Assembly: GCA_016200045.1 (NCBI GenBank)
Contig: JACQFN010000005.1
Coordinates: 38,205-102,204, forward strand
Source: Nitrososphaerota archaeon
GTDB taxonomy: Archaea; Thermoproteota; Nitrososphaeria; Nitrososphaerales; Gagatemarchaeaceae
Length of the DNA: 64,000 nt
Direction: 5' to 3'
This document shows positions 15,706-24,818 of this stretch, piece after piece. Each line of letters opens with the position of its first letter. The first letter of the stretch is position 1. The position numbers and the translations under genes were made by a program. Under the pieces are notes generated by a model, which was given only the letters and a program-made list of their open reading frames with translations, did not search any database and was not told the DNA's origin.

Positions 15706-18471
15706 ATGGAAGGCCAGGTCAAGCTCCCGCTTCTGGACGACGTCCTGCCGGGGGGCCTGAGGTTCGGAGCGAATTACCTTGTAGAGTTCGAGCCGCAGTC
15801 TCTTTGGTACGAGGCGTCGTTCACCCTCTGCGCACAGGCCCTCCGGGAGGGGCAGAAGACGGACTACCACACGTTCACACGGCCTCCGGACGAGGTGAGG
15901 ACCGCCCTCTCGAAGCTGGGGATAGACGTGGAGCGGCTCGAGGAAGACGATACCTTCAGAATCTGGGACAGCTTCACCGTCCAGACGGGGATGGGCGAAG
16001 CCGCTCGGATAGGCAAGGCGACCCCGCGCGAGCGGGTAGACCTGCGGTCTGTCAAGATTGCTGACTGGGACAGAGGGGTGACGGCGGAAGTGGGCGGCGA
16101 AGTCCCTGACGTGGACAGGCGGAGACTGCACATCGACGACAACACGTCGATACTTCTCCAGTTCAACGACGAGAAGTCTGTGATAGAACACTTCCGGACT
16201 CTGACAGTCCCCTACGCCAGGAAGTTTGAGATGGCGGCGGTACACTCGATTCCAACTGGCATCTATTCCGAGGGGCTCTCGAGGCAGTTCGAGTCGTTCT
16301 GCGACGGGGTGATCGACCTCAGATCCCGCGAGGAAGGAGACAGCGTCGGCCATTTCATGAGACTGAGATTCGCCAGAGGTGCCGAGCACGACTCTCGATG
16401 GCGCCACATTGGGCTCCTTGGAAACGGGGAAGTGACCCGCACGGTAAGTCCGGCGAGCCCGGACCGACCCCTCTCATCGGACACGACAAGGAACCAGTAT
16501 TTCCCTTCGACGGGTACGCAGAGCGAAAGGAGGCTCGCGGCCATCATGTTCACCGACTTGGTGGGCTTCACTGCCCTCGCCCAGCGTGACGAAGACCTCG
16601 CAATGTCGGCCCTCGAAGGTCAGAGGAGGCTGGTGAGGCCTCTGCTCGCGAAGCACAGGGGTAGAGAGGTGAAGACCATCGGGGACGCCTTTCTAGTCGA
16701 ATTCGTCAGCGCGCTTGACGCCGTGAACTGCGCAATCGCGATTCAAGACGAGATGGCGGTGGAAAACGGGGGTCGGCCGGACAAGAGTAGGGTCATGATG
16801 AGGATTGGGATCCACCTGGGAGACGTGATACACTCAGGCACGGATGTGGCGGGGGACGCGGTCAACGTGGCATCGAGAATCGAGCCGCTCGCCCGTCCGG
16901 GTGGGATCTGTGTCACCGGTCAGGTGTACCAGAGCGTGGTGAACAAGGTCGGAAGGGGATTCAGGTCGCTCGGGTCCCCCTCCTTGAGGAACGTCGTCTC
17001 ACCCGTAGATGTGTTCGAGATCACCGCTTCGCATGAAGAGGGGGAGACACTCCCTCCGCCGGGCGGAGCTCCGGCCAGGAACAGGGTGGCCATACTTCCG
17101 TTCTCAAACATAAGCCCCGACCCGAAGGACGAGTTCTTCGCGGACGGCATGACCGAGGAACTGATCTCCTCAGTGTCGAGGACAGAGGGCCTAAGGGTGA
17201 TCGCAAGGACTTCAGTGATGAGGTACAAGGCCGAGGCAAAACCGGTGTCAGAGATTGGAAGAGAGCTCGGGGTAGGAAGCGTGCTGGAAGGTAGCGTGAG
17301 GAGGGCGGGGGACAAGATCAGGGTGACTGTCCAGCTCGTGGACGCTGTGACTGAAGAGCCGAAGTGGTCGGAAGACTACGACAGGGACCTGCGGGACATT
17401 TTCTCCATTCAGCAGGACATAAGCCAGAAGGTCGCTTCTGCCCTGAAGGTCCGCATCCTTCAGGCGGAGGACCAGCCGCGGGGGAAGGCCCAGACCTCGG
17501 ACCTGGAAGCGTACCAGTTCTACCTGAGGGGACGCCAGCTCTGGAGCAAGAGGACCGGGCCCGACCTGGCGAAGTCGGTGGACTTCTTCAAAGAAGCCGT
17601 CAGGATCGACCTTGGATACGGGAGGGCCTATTCCGGCTTGGCTGACGCGTACGCGACCCTGGCGCTCCTGGAAATCATGAAACCCGACGAGGCTTTCCCG
17701 AAGGCGAAGGCAGCGGTCCAGAAAGCTCTCGCCATCGACAACATGAGCTCGGAGGCTCACACTTCCCTCGGCCTGGTGAAGTTCCAGTACGACTGGGACT
17801 GGACCGGGGCGGAGGCGGAGTTCGTCAGAGCCATGGAGCTGAATCAGAACTACGCGCCGGCGCACCAGTTCTTCGCTGACTACCTGAAGGCGATGGGGCG
17901 GTTCGAGGAGGCCATTGGCGAAATGGAAAGGGCCAGGGAGCTCGACCCCCTTTCGCTTGCGATCAGCGCAGGGCTGGGGCACGTCCTCTACCTCTCGAGG
18001 CAGTACGACAGGGCGATCGAGCAGTACAGGAAGACCGTAGAGCTCGACCCGAACTTCATGCAGACCCACCTGTGGTTCGGGAGGCCCTACCTCGAGAAGG
18101 GGATGTACGGCGAGGCGATCTCTGAGCTCAAGACAGCTGTCGGCCTCTCAGGACAGAGCACCCTCGCGCTGGGGATGCTGGGCCACGGCCTGGCGTCGGC
18201 GGGACAAATGAAGGAGGCGAATGAGATACTCGGCAAGCTTTCGGATCGCGCGAAGGAGGCGTACGTCCCCTCATACTGGGTAGCTGCGGTCTACAACGGG
18301 ATGAAGGACAGGGACCGCACGATGGAGTGGCTGAAGAGAGCCTATGATGAGCGTTCGAGCTGGCTGGTCTGGGTCGGGGTCGAACCACGGTTCGACTGGC
18401 TGCGGGGGGACCCCGAGTTTGGGGCCATGCTCGGCTATATGAAGTTCCCTCCGACCGCGTTCAACCATTAA
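15706..18471 (+). CDS. multidomain signalling protein: degenerate KaiC/RecA-like domain, class III adenylate/guanylate cyclase, TolB-N-like module, TPR repeats
   Basis: N-terminus LLDDVLPGGLRFGANYLVEFEPQSLWYE is KaiC-like but lacks a GxxGxGKT P-loop. Cyclase motifs are IMFTDLVGFTAL, KTIGDAFLVEF, RIGIHLGDV and GDAVNVASRIE. Then ILPFSNISPDPKDEFFADGMTEELI, followed by multiple TPR units. Confidence 0.8.
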   Translation: MEGQVKLPLLDDVLPGGLRFGANYLVEFEPQSLWYEASFTLCAQALREGQKTDYHTFTRPPDEVRTALSKLGIDVERLEEDDTFRIWDSFTVQTGMGEAARIGKATPRERVDLRSVKIADWDRGVTAEVGGEVPDVDRRRLHIDDNTSILLQFNDEKSVIEHFRTLTVPYARKFEMAAVHSIPTGIYSEGLSRQFESFCDGVIDLRSREEGDSVGHFMRLRFARGAEHDSRWRHIGLLGNGEVTRTVSPASPDRPLSSDTTRNQYFPSTGTQSERRLAAIMFTDLVGFTALAQRDEDLAMSALEGQRRLVRPLLAKHRGREVKTIGDAFLVEFVSALDAVNCAIAIQDEMAVENGGRPDKSRVMMRIGIHLGDVIHSGTDVAGDAVNVASRIEPLARPGGICVTGQVYQSVVNKVGRGFRSLGSPSLRNVVSPVDVFEITASHEEGETLPPPGGAPARNRVAILPFSNISPDPKDEFFADGMTEELISSVSRTEGLRVIARTSVMRYKAEAKPVSEIGRELGVGSVLEGSVRRAGDKIRVTVQLVDAVTEEPKWSEDYDRDLRDIFSIQQDISQKVASALKVRILQAEDQPRGKAQTSDLEAYQFYLRGRQLWSKRTGPDLAKSVDFFKEAVRIDLGYGRAYSGLADAYATLALLEIMKPDEAFPKAKAAVQKALAIDNMSSEAHTSLGLVKFQYDWDWTGAEAEFVRAMELNQNYAPAHQFFADYLKAMGRFEEAIGEMERARELDPLSLAISAGLGHVLYLSRQYDRAIEQYRKTVELDPNFMQTHLWFGRPYLEKGMYGEAISELKTAVGLSGQSTLALGMLGHGLASAGQMKEANEILGKLSDRAKEAYVPSYWVAAVYNGMKDRDRTMEWLKRAYDERSSWLVWVGVEPRFDWLRGDPEFGAMLGYMKFPPTAFNH

Positions 18472-18499
18472 ATATCTTCGGCCGTTTGAACACCCGGTT

Positions 18500-19084
18500 T
18501 TGCAGGCGCACGAGCAAGGGGTGGCGGCGGAAAAGATTCTCGAAGTCGCCTCTAGGCTCTTCGCACAGAAGGGATATGCCAACGCCTCGATAAGGGACAT
18601 CTGCAAGGAGACGGGGACCACTGCCCCCGTGATCTACTACCATTTCGGCAGCAAGAAGGGCCTCTTCGACGCGGTCGCCCGGTCCAAGATATCCATGAGG
18701 GACTTCATAGTGAAGCTGACCAAGGAGGCTTCGGTCTCCGACCCGGAGGAAGGGCTCCGGGCATTCATCGGGACGTACCTCACCTCTTTCCCCGAGCATG
18801 CCTTCGACCCAGGACTGTACATGCGCGAGTCTGCGACCCTCGACAAGAAGAGCGCCCAGATAGTTAGCCACGACCTGGACAAGGTCAACGCGATAGCGAC
18901 GGGCCTCATCAAGCGCTGCGTGGACGCCAAGGCGTTCAGGAGGACTCAGGCGGGCCTCGCCGCCGACTGCCTCCTGGGGATGCTGAACAGGGCGATCTTC
19001 CAGGACATACACTTCTCGAAGGGGTCGGACAGGCCCTCTTACGGGGAGTTCGTCTCGGACTTCTTCTTCAGGGCTATGCGCTAG
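18500..19084 (+). CDS. TetR/AcrR family transcriptional regulator
   Basis: ASRLFAQKGYANASIRDICKETGTTAPVIYYHFGSKKGLF is the TetR HTH signature. Confidence 0.85.
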   Translation: MQAHEQGVAAEKILEVASRLFAQKGYANASIRDICKETGTTAPVIYYHFGSKKGLFDAVARSKISMRDFIVKLTKEASVSDPEEGLRAFIGTYLTSFPEHAFDPGLYMRESATLDKKSAQIVSHDLDKVNAIATGLIKRCVDAKAFRRTQAGLAADCLLGMLNRAIFQDIHFSKGSDRPSYGEFVSDFFFRAMR

Positions 19085-19482
19085 CCGATCTCGGCGACGA
19101 CCTTCTCGGGGAGTATCTCGAGCGTTACCCTGTCCATCTTCCAGTACCTTTCGCGTGCCGACTTCCGCCCCTGCTCCTCCCCTCGGTACCTGATGGCGAG
19201 GGATTCGATGTCCTTCTTCGGGTCCCGCTCGGTCGCGACCCTCGCCTTCCCCAGGATCATGACGTAGGAGTAACCGTCGTCTACCAAAAGGGACACCCTC
19301 GGGTCTCTCTTGATGTTCCTGAACTTCACCCTGTCGGTCGTCGTGTTCACGACGAGCTTGCCGTCGTCGTACATGTACCAGATAGGGGTCACGTGGGGTG
19401 AGCCGTCCTTCTTGAGCGTGGCTATCTTGCCGAAGAGCGGCGCCTTCAGGAACTCCTGAACCTTTTCGTCCAGGGGAGCCAA
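19081..19482 (-). CDS. PPOX-class (probably F420-dependent) oxidoreductase
   Basis: LFGKIATLKKDGSPHVTPIWYMYDDGKLVVNTTTDRVKFRNIKRDPRVSLLVDD. Confidence 0.7.
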   Translation of the reverse strand: MAPLDEKVQEFLKAPLFGKIATLKKDGSPHVTPIWYMYDDGKLVVNTTTDRVKFRNIKRDPRVSLLVDDGYSYVMILGKARVATERDPKKDIESLAIRYRGEEQGRKSARERYWKMDRVTLEILPEKVVAEIG

Positions 19483-19492
19483 CCGCCCCTCC

Positions 19493-21151
19493 TTACCTCA
19501 GCTTCTTGGCGTACTGGGCGAGCATCTTCCTGTAGACGCTGCGCGGTGGGAACCCGATGCTGCAGAGGTACGTCGAGAACTTGTACCTCTTCGAATCGTC
19601 CACGATCTTCTTCTCCATCCCGCGGATCTCCTGGCCCATCACGGCGTAGTTCGTTGCGTACCCGGGGAAGATCCCTTCGTGCGCGGGGAAGAGCTGGAAG
19701 TAAACGCTGCTCCTGGGCACCCCGGTCCGCCTGTTCGCCCAGTCGACGAACTCGAGAAGCCCCTGCTTCCCAGTGTTGATTCTAACGTCCCCAATCACCC
19801 TGAGGAACCTGACCACGCGCCACCTCCTCGTCATGAACTCGAGCTCCAGGTTGACCTGCTTCAGGCCCCCGTACTTTTCCATCAGAGCAACGTAATCCTT
19901 CTCCGCCTTGGTGCGGGCCCCTCTCCTCTCAAGCTCCTTCAGCGCCTCGAAGACCTCTATCTCCCTGTTGAACGAAAGCCCCTCGGTTATCGGGCCGGCG
20001 ACCGGGGTCCCCGGAAGCAGCTGCAAGGTCGGGACCTTCCCAACGAATCCCACCACGCTGTTGGAGTGATGGACGCAGTGCCCGTACTCTTCGTGGATTA
20101 GTAGGTTCAGGAGCCCGGGGACCGATTTGTCGGGGTCCCTCTTCGGGTCGGTCGTCTGGAAGAAGACCTGGAACGGCTTCTTGGTGTAGGTGTCGAAGAA
20201 CTGCGCGGCCCCTGTCGGAATGGTCCCGGTGAGGTATCCCGGCGTCTCTATGACCGTCGTCTTGTACTTCGGGTTGATCCCGTGGACCCTCTCGTTGACG
20301 AACCTCTGGACGACCTTCCTGAGCCCCTGTGTCGTAGCAATCAGCTTCTTCGGATCCAGCGCGTACCTCGCGTTGATGGCCTTCTCAACTTCCTCCGGGA
20401 CCGGCTTGCACCCCAGGTTCTTCGCGAGCCGGGCCGTCACGTGCTTGAACCTCGGGAGCTCTTCGTCCAGCCATTCGACTGCGTTCCTCTCGAGTTCCGC
20501 GGGCGTCTCGTGGTAGTCGAAACCTTTCTTCAGCGCGACCGGGTAGAACTTCTCCCTGCCGAGTTCGAAGCCCTGCTTCTTGAAGACCTTCTCGACGTTG
20601 GGGAACTCCCCCTTGCCGAACCCCTCGAGCTCGAACATCTTCACGTACTTCTCGGCCTGCGCCTTCACGGCGTCGGCTCCCCTCCTTACGCCCTGGTTCT
20701 TCGTCTGTCCCCTGACGGTGCCGAGTATCTCCACGACCCCTCCTAGACGGTAGAGGGTGAGGGCTTTGACTCCGGTCGGGACCCGCCTCCCCGAAAAGCG
20801 CTTCCTGCTCGCCGCGAGGGCCTTCTCCGAATGGCGGAGGAGCGATAGCATGTGCTCGTCGTTCAGCCCCTCCTTCACCAGGTGGACGAAAATCGAGCCT
20901 ATGATGTCGTCCAGCACAGGCTGGGGCTCCTCGTAGAGCAGCGATGCCTCCAGTGAATCGAGCACTTTCCTCTGGGTCTCCGACCTCGCCTTCTTCCTAA
21001 GGGCCCTGAGCTTCCTGAGGGCGGCCTTCGTGTTGGCTTCCGAGGGGATGAAGAGCTTCCCCGCGTGGTCGTTGAAGCCTACCAGGTACGCGGTCGAAGG
21101 GCTGATCTCCTTCACCGTGTGGAGGATCTCGGCGTCCAGCGAGGTGGCCAC
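19493..21151 (-). CDS. DUF885-like putative metallopeptidase-fold protein
   Basis: LIHEEYGHCVHH...ITEGLSFNRE...RFLRVIGDVRINTGKQGLLEFVDW...FPGYATNYAVMGQEI follows the DUF885 motif order. The listed ORF runs to 21373, but that extension crosses a tRNA-like element. GTG 21151 was chosen because a TATA box lies about 28 nt upstream. Confidence 0.55.
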   Translation of the reverse strand: MATSLDAEILHTVKEISPSTAYLVGFNDHAGKLFIPSEANTKAALRKLRALRKKARSETQRKVLDSLEASLLYEEPQPVLDDIIGSIFVHLVKEGLNDEHMLSLLRHSEKALAASRKRFSGRRVPTGVKALTLYRLGGVVEILGTVRGQTKNQGVRRGADAVKAQAEKYVKMFELEGFGKGEFPNVEKVFKKQGFELGREKFYPVALKKGFDYHETPAELERNAVEWLDEELPRFKHVTARLAKNLGCKPVPEEVEKAINARYALDPKKLIATTQGLRKVVQRFVNERVHGINPKYKTTVIETPGYLTGTIPTGAAQFFDTYTKKPFQVFFQTTDPKRDPDKSVPGLLNLLIHEEYGHCVHHSNSVVGFVGKVPTLQLLPGTPVAGPITEGLSFNREIEVFEALKELERRGARTKAEKDYVALMEKYGGLKQVNLELEFMTRRWRVVRFLRVIGDVRINTGKQGLLEFVDWANRRTGVPRSSVYFQLFPAHEGIFPGYATNYAVMGQEIRGMEKKIVDDSKRYKFSTYLCSIGFPPRSVYRKMLAQYAKKLR

Positions 21152-21176
21152 GACGTCACGGCGCCTCCGACGGGCG

Positions 21177-21187
21177 TTATTTAGTTT
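21177..21187 (-). promoter_or_regulatory. TATA box (AAACTAAATAA on the minus strand)
   Basis: About 28 nt upstream of the proposed GTG 21151. Same core as the boxes at 13574 and 13935. Confidence 0.35.
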
Positions 21188-21363
21188 ACAACCCTCCCTG
21201 GCGACAATGGTTAAGTCGTACTTGAGGCAAATCAGCGAAAAGTCCGGTTCGCCTATGTGGCGGAGAACCAAAATCAGGCACTTGTGGGAGTTCAGCTGGA
21301 TCTGACCTGGCAGTTTTGGTCGTGTTGGAGTGACAAAAATCAGAATTCGGAACGTTGAGAAAC

Positions 21364-21390
21364 CCGGGTTCAAATCCCGGCGACCTCACC
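21364..21390 (+). other. orphan tRNA 3' fragment (T-arm plus 3' acceptor strand)
   Basis: CCGGG-TTCAAAT-CCCGG forms a perfect T-arm with the canonical TTCAAAT loop, followed by CGACCTC-A-CC. No complementary 5' acceptor strand (G[AG]GGT[CT]G), D-arm or anticodon arm was found within 250 nt upstream. Confidence 0.45.
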
Positions 21391-21467
21391 TCACGCAAGG
21401 GCCGGAACCTCTCGTCCCGCAACGTATGTAAGGTCAGGTTTCGTCAATCTTACGAGAACTGGGCATC

Positions 21468-22205
21468 ATGTTTCAGTCAGCGTTGGCGGCATCAATTCTT
21501 TTGGTGGCCACGATTTGCTTCTCATCTTTCCATACATGGCCTTATGGATTTCCTATGCTGGATTTGGTTTGGAAGTGGTATTATGGCATCATGAAGTTCT
21601 GGCCTGAGTCGGTAGAAGATTCCAAATCACAGGTGATTCCTCCCAGTCGCTCAAAGGTAGGAAGGGTTGCCCGGCTTTCAACTGCTGCAATGGCTCGCTG
21701 GTTTTTGCCAATGCTGCTGGGTTTCGACGGAATTCTGAAATCGCCCCAGATATTCTATGCACCTTTTCTAACGTTCCCCACCTTCCATGATGAATACCTG
21801 CAGAGTATCGGGGCGATTGCTCTTCTAATGGCTTCATTGATCATGCTATGGGCTTCCTCATTCCTTGCCAGGTACGTTTATGGCATGTCCCCGGACCAAA
21901 GACCACTGATAAGGTCGGGTCCATACAGATACGTGAGGCATCCAGTCTACCTGTCGTTCACGCTATTTGGGATCGGAACCTTTCTCTTGAGTCTCAACTT
22001 CCTGATGTTAATCACATTTTCATACATGGTGTTCATGGCGCATACGTATCTCTCCGAAGAGGAAAGGGAGTTACCGCAAAAGTACGGGATGGAATACGAG
22101 GAATACAAGAAGTCGACCGGCGGGTTGCTTCCCAAGATCTGGTGTCTCAACGGTGCCTCATCAAATAGGCACACACGAAAGCTCTTTCTTACGGGTCGCC
22201 TGTAG
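21468..22205 (+). CDS. isoprenylcysteine carboxyl / phospholipid methyltransferase family membrane protein
   Basis: RSGPYRYVRHPVYLSFTLFGIGTFLL...EEERELPQKYGMEYEEYKK is the ICMT/PEMT signature. Lies in the AT-richer region. Confidence 0.7.
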   Translation: MFQSALAASILLVATICFSSFHTWPYGFPMLDLVWKWYYGIMKFWPESVEDSKSQVIPPSRSKVGRVARLSTAAMARWFLPMLLGFDGILKSPQIFYAPFLTFPTFHDEYLQSIGAIALLMASLIMLWASSFLARYVYGMSPDQRPLIRSGPYRYVRHPVYLSFTLFGIGTFLLSLNFLMLITFSYMVFMAHTYLSEEERELPQKYGMEYEEYKKSTGGLLPKIWCLNGASSNRHTRKLFLTGRL

Positions 22206-22219
22206 ATTGAGCCAGGGGA

Positions 22220-23251
22220 ATGAATACCAGCAAGGACCCAGCCAAGGAACTCGGACAAACCGGCGATGGTTTTTGGCTTGAGCGCATGTACACCTACCTG
22301 AGATTACCCTTCTGGGCGGGAGTGCTCGCGACGGTAAGCCTTGTGGGTGTGACCACCGTAGGAGCATACTTCGCAGAGGGAGTGTTGGGCGACAGTTTTT
22401 CAGCACTTATCTTTCTGACACTCCCTCCGACTCTAGCCTCTGCGATACTGATTCAATTCGCTGTGCGATACATGGTCCGCAAGACGGAACAGCTAAGGTC
22501 CTATTCCCGACGGTTCCTTGAAGATAACCAGAAAGAGGCCTTTCACGCATCATTCCGCTTCAAGTATTATCTGCTGGCCTGGGCAATCCTTGGACTTATC
22601 ATCAACCCGCCATTTGTCGCGACGGGATTCCCGGTCAACTACTCCTTTTCTCAGAGGATTCTCTTGACGTTGCCCTACCAACTCGTCATCTTATTCGTAG
22701 CTACATTCCTCTGGACGTGGCTTAGCTCAATGTACAACATCTACCGAATCGGCAAGCTTCCAATGAAATTGAGACCATTCACAGAAGACCAGACGCTTGG
22801 ACTGCGACCATTCGGCATGGCGTCGCTGGGCTTTACCGTCATTTACGTTGGAGTTCTGGCCTTTGCAATACTCCCATTGGTCGTCACGGGTCTACTACCT
22901 GAGTTGTCCGCCGTCATAGCCTCAGGCATGTTCTCGCTCGCACCCATCCTTTTCGCGCTGCCCCTCCTCCCCCTCCACTCGAAGCTCATCGCAGCAAAAC
23001 GGGAGCTCTCTGACATGATAGGACCGCGATACACCCGCGCCTTCGAGCGGTTCAGTGTTCAGAGTGACCGATTTGATGAAGGGCTTTCGGCGGAACTGGC
23101 CTCAATTGATACGATTCGCCGTGACATTCACCAGATGCACACATGGCCCCTGGACACAGGGATTCTTGTTCGGCTTACAGCCGTCGTCCTTTCAGTGATA
23201 GCAATCTTAGTAGCAAAAGGCGTGTCCTCAGTCTTTCCGGCGCTCAAGTAG
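22220..23251 (+). CDS. polytopic membrane protein, unknown function
   Basis: 343 aa with at least 6 hydrophobic helices. No family recognised. AT-richer composition. Confidence 0.45.
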   Translation: MNTSKDPAKELGQTGDGFWLERMYTYLRLPFWAGVLATVSLVGVTTVGAYFAEGVLGDSFSALIFLTLPPTLASAILIQFAVRYMVRKTEQLRSYSRRFLEDNQKEAFHASFRFKYYLLAWAILGLIINPPFVATGFPVNYSFSQRILLTLPYQLVILFVATFLWTWLSSMYNIYRIGKLPMKLRPFTEDQTLGLRPFGMASLGFTVIYVGVLAFAILPLVVTGLLPELSAVIASGMFSLAPILFALPLLPLHSKLIAAKRELSDMIGPRYTRAFERFSVQSDRFDEGLSAELASIDTIRRDIHQMHTWPLDTGILVRLTAVVLSVIAILVAKGVSSVFPALK

Positions 23252-23381
23252 CGCAGAAACCGACGCTTCATACACAGCGGCATGATAGCTACTATGACCA
23301 TGAACGCAAGGGTTCGAGTCAGACCGCATGGATTGGGTCAAGTATAAGTCACCTTCCTCCCAACGCACCTGACGCGGAACG

Positions 23382-24128
23382 TTGACCCTGAGCGAAGATC
23401 CTGAGAACACAGAGATGAAGATGATTAGGAATCACGCCAGTTTGACTGGAAAGGACATACTGGAAGTTGGGTGTGGAAACGGCAGACTGACATTTCAATA
23501 TGCGGCCTCCACACGAAGCGTTGTGGCTCTGGACGCATCTAACAAAGCCATTGCTGAAGCTAGGAAGAACACCCCCGGGGCATTGAAGGGGAAACTAAGC
23601 TTTCGTGTCGGAAGAGGGGAAAGTCTAGCCTTTCCAAATGAGTCTTTCGACCTGGTTTTCTTCTCATGGTCACTCTGCTGCGCCGACATTCCCGCCATGG
23701 GCAAGGCGCTGGATGAGGCTTGGAGGGTCTTGAGGCCCCAGGGAGTGCTTGTCAACATCCAGTCTTCCCTCCATCAGCCATTTCACAAGGGCATGATTTC
23801 GTACCTGATGGAGCGGAATTCCGGACCCTACATCAAAGATGAAGGTGACAGACAGGCCCGGTTGGCCCTGCGTCATGCGTCTGTAGTCGACAGGAAGTTC
23901 GGCTTCGCCGCGGAAAGGGAGTTCCCCGTCTTCAGTTACTACGATACCGTCGGTGAAGCTCTGAAGGATGTAGTAACACAGAACGGGTACGACCCCAAAG
24001 ATTTGAGCAAGGAGACGAAGAAGAGAATCCTCGAAATTCTGACTTCGATGAAGAGAAAAACGGGGGTCAAGATTGAAGAGAATGCCGTCTTGACTGTTCT
24101 CAAGAAATCAAGACCTGAACCGGCTTAG
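23382..24128 (+). CDS. class I SAM-dependent methyltransferase
   Basis: ILEVGCGNGRLT (motif I), VVALDAS, FDLVFFSWSL, LRPQGVLV. The start could instead be the ATG at 23415. Confidence 0.75.
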   Translation: MTLSEDPENTEMKMIRNHASLTGKDILEVGCGNGRLTFQYAASTRSVVALDASNKAIAEARKNTPGALKGKLSFRVGRGESLAFPNESFDLVFFSWSLCCADIPAMGKALDEAWRVLRPQGVLVNIQSSLHQPFHKGMISYLMERNSGPYIKDEGDRQARLALRHASVVDRKFGFAAEREFPVFSYYDTVGEALKDVVTQNGYDPKDLSKETKKRILEILTSMKRKTGVKIEENAVLTVLKKSRPEPA

Positions 24129-24193
24129 AGAAGGTCGCTGGTAGCTAGTGCACCGGAACCTATCGGAAGAGTGCCCACTAGCTCCCTGTCCTT

Positions 24194-24664
24194 CTATCGC
24201 AGTGTTTTCCATCCGATTAGCAGCAGCGCGACCAAGACCGGGGTCACCAGGAACCAACCCGGAAGCACGAAAAGAATCGCGAAAGCCACGATGGAAGGGG
24301 CCAATATTGCCCCGAGCACTCCCCCTTTCTTGAGTGACTTTCGCAACCAATGGCCCGTTACCACCTCCGCACCGGCGGCCACCAGGAAGGTGATGCCGAA
24401 AACTAGAGCTCCGCTAAAGCCCCAAAGTTGCCCAATCGGGTTGCTCCCGATGAAATCTCCGTAGGTTGGTCTCCCGAACAGCGATCCTACCGAGGAACCA
24501 AAGTACAGGTTGTACGCCAGGCCAGGACCAATACTAAGCAGGGTGCCGAATCCAACGATGTAGGATAACCATGACGCGGCACGAATGGCGGACTCGGGCT
24601 TCATCGATGTCGATTCTCTTCTTGCAGGCAGGAACTCGAAAGTCGGATTTAGCTCGTGCAGCAC
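24194..24664 (-). CDS. membrane protein, unknown function
   Basis: 156 aa with 4 hydrophobic helices. No family recognised. Confidence 0.4.
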   Translation of the reverse strand: MLHELNPTFEFLPARRESTSMKPESAIRAASWLSYIVGFGTLLSIGPGLAYNLYFGSSVGSLFGRPTYGDFIGSNPIGQLWGFSGALVFGITFLVAAGAEVVTGHWLRKSLKKGGVLGAILAPSIVAFAILFVLPGWFLVTPVLVALLLIGWKTLR

Positions 24665-24818
24665 CGATATCGGTTCTGTTTCTTCTCCGGGCAGAACGAG
24701 ACGGCAGCTTAATCGGGCGGCCAGTCATCTTAGGAAACTCTGACTTGGATCTCCGACGTACATGCAGTTCGGACGCAACAGGGTGCCTTTGTAATCCTAC
24801 GCCAGGTTAGGCCATTAT

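Noticed and set aside
15391-16407. 338-aa minus-strand ORF opposite the 3' end of the thermosome gene and the 5' part of the cyclase gene
   Set aside because: It is antisense to strongly supported genes. It is Arg/Pro/Gly/Ser-rich with no motifs, which is typical of a shadow ORF in high-GC coding DNA.
21152-21373. 74-aa N-terminal extension of the DUF885-like ORF
   Set aside because: The extension runs through the AT-rich intergenic region and the tRNA-like fragment and is not DUF885-like. The GTG at 21151 with an upstream TATA box is a better start, but it remains provisional.
21152-21467. Considered whether this 316-nt spacer hosts an SRP (7S) RNA or a complete intron-bearing tRNA
   Set aside because: No conserved SRP helix-8 GGAAG/AGCA-type motifs were seen. 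No 5' acceptor strand complementary to CGACCTC was found within 250 nt, and only the T-arm and acceptor fragment is tRNA-like.
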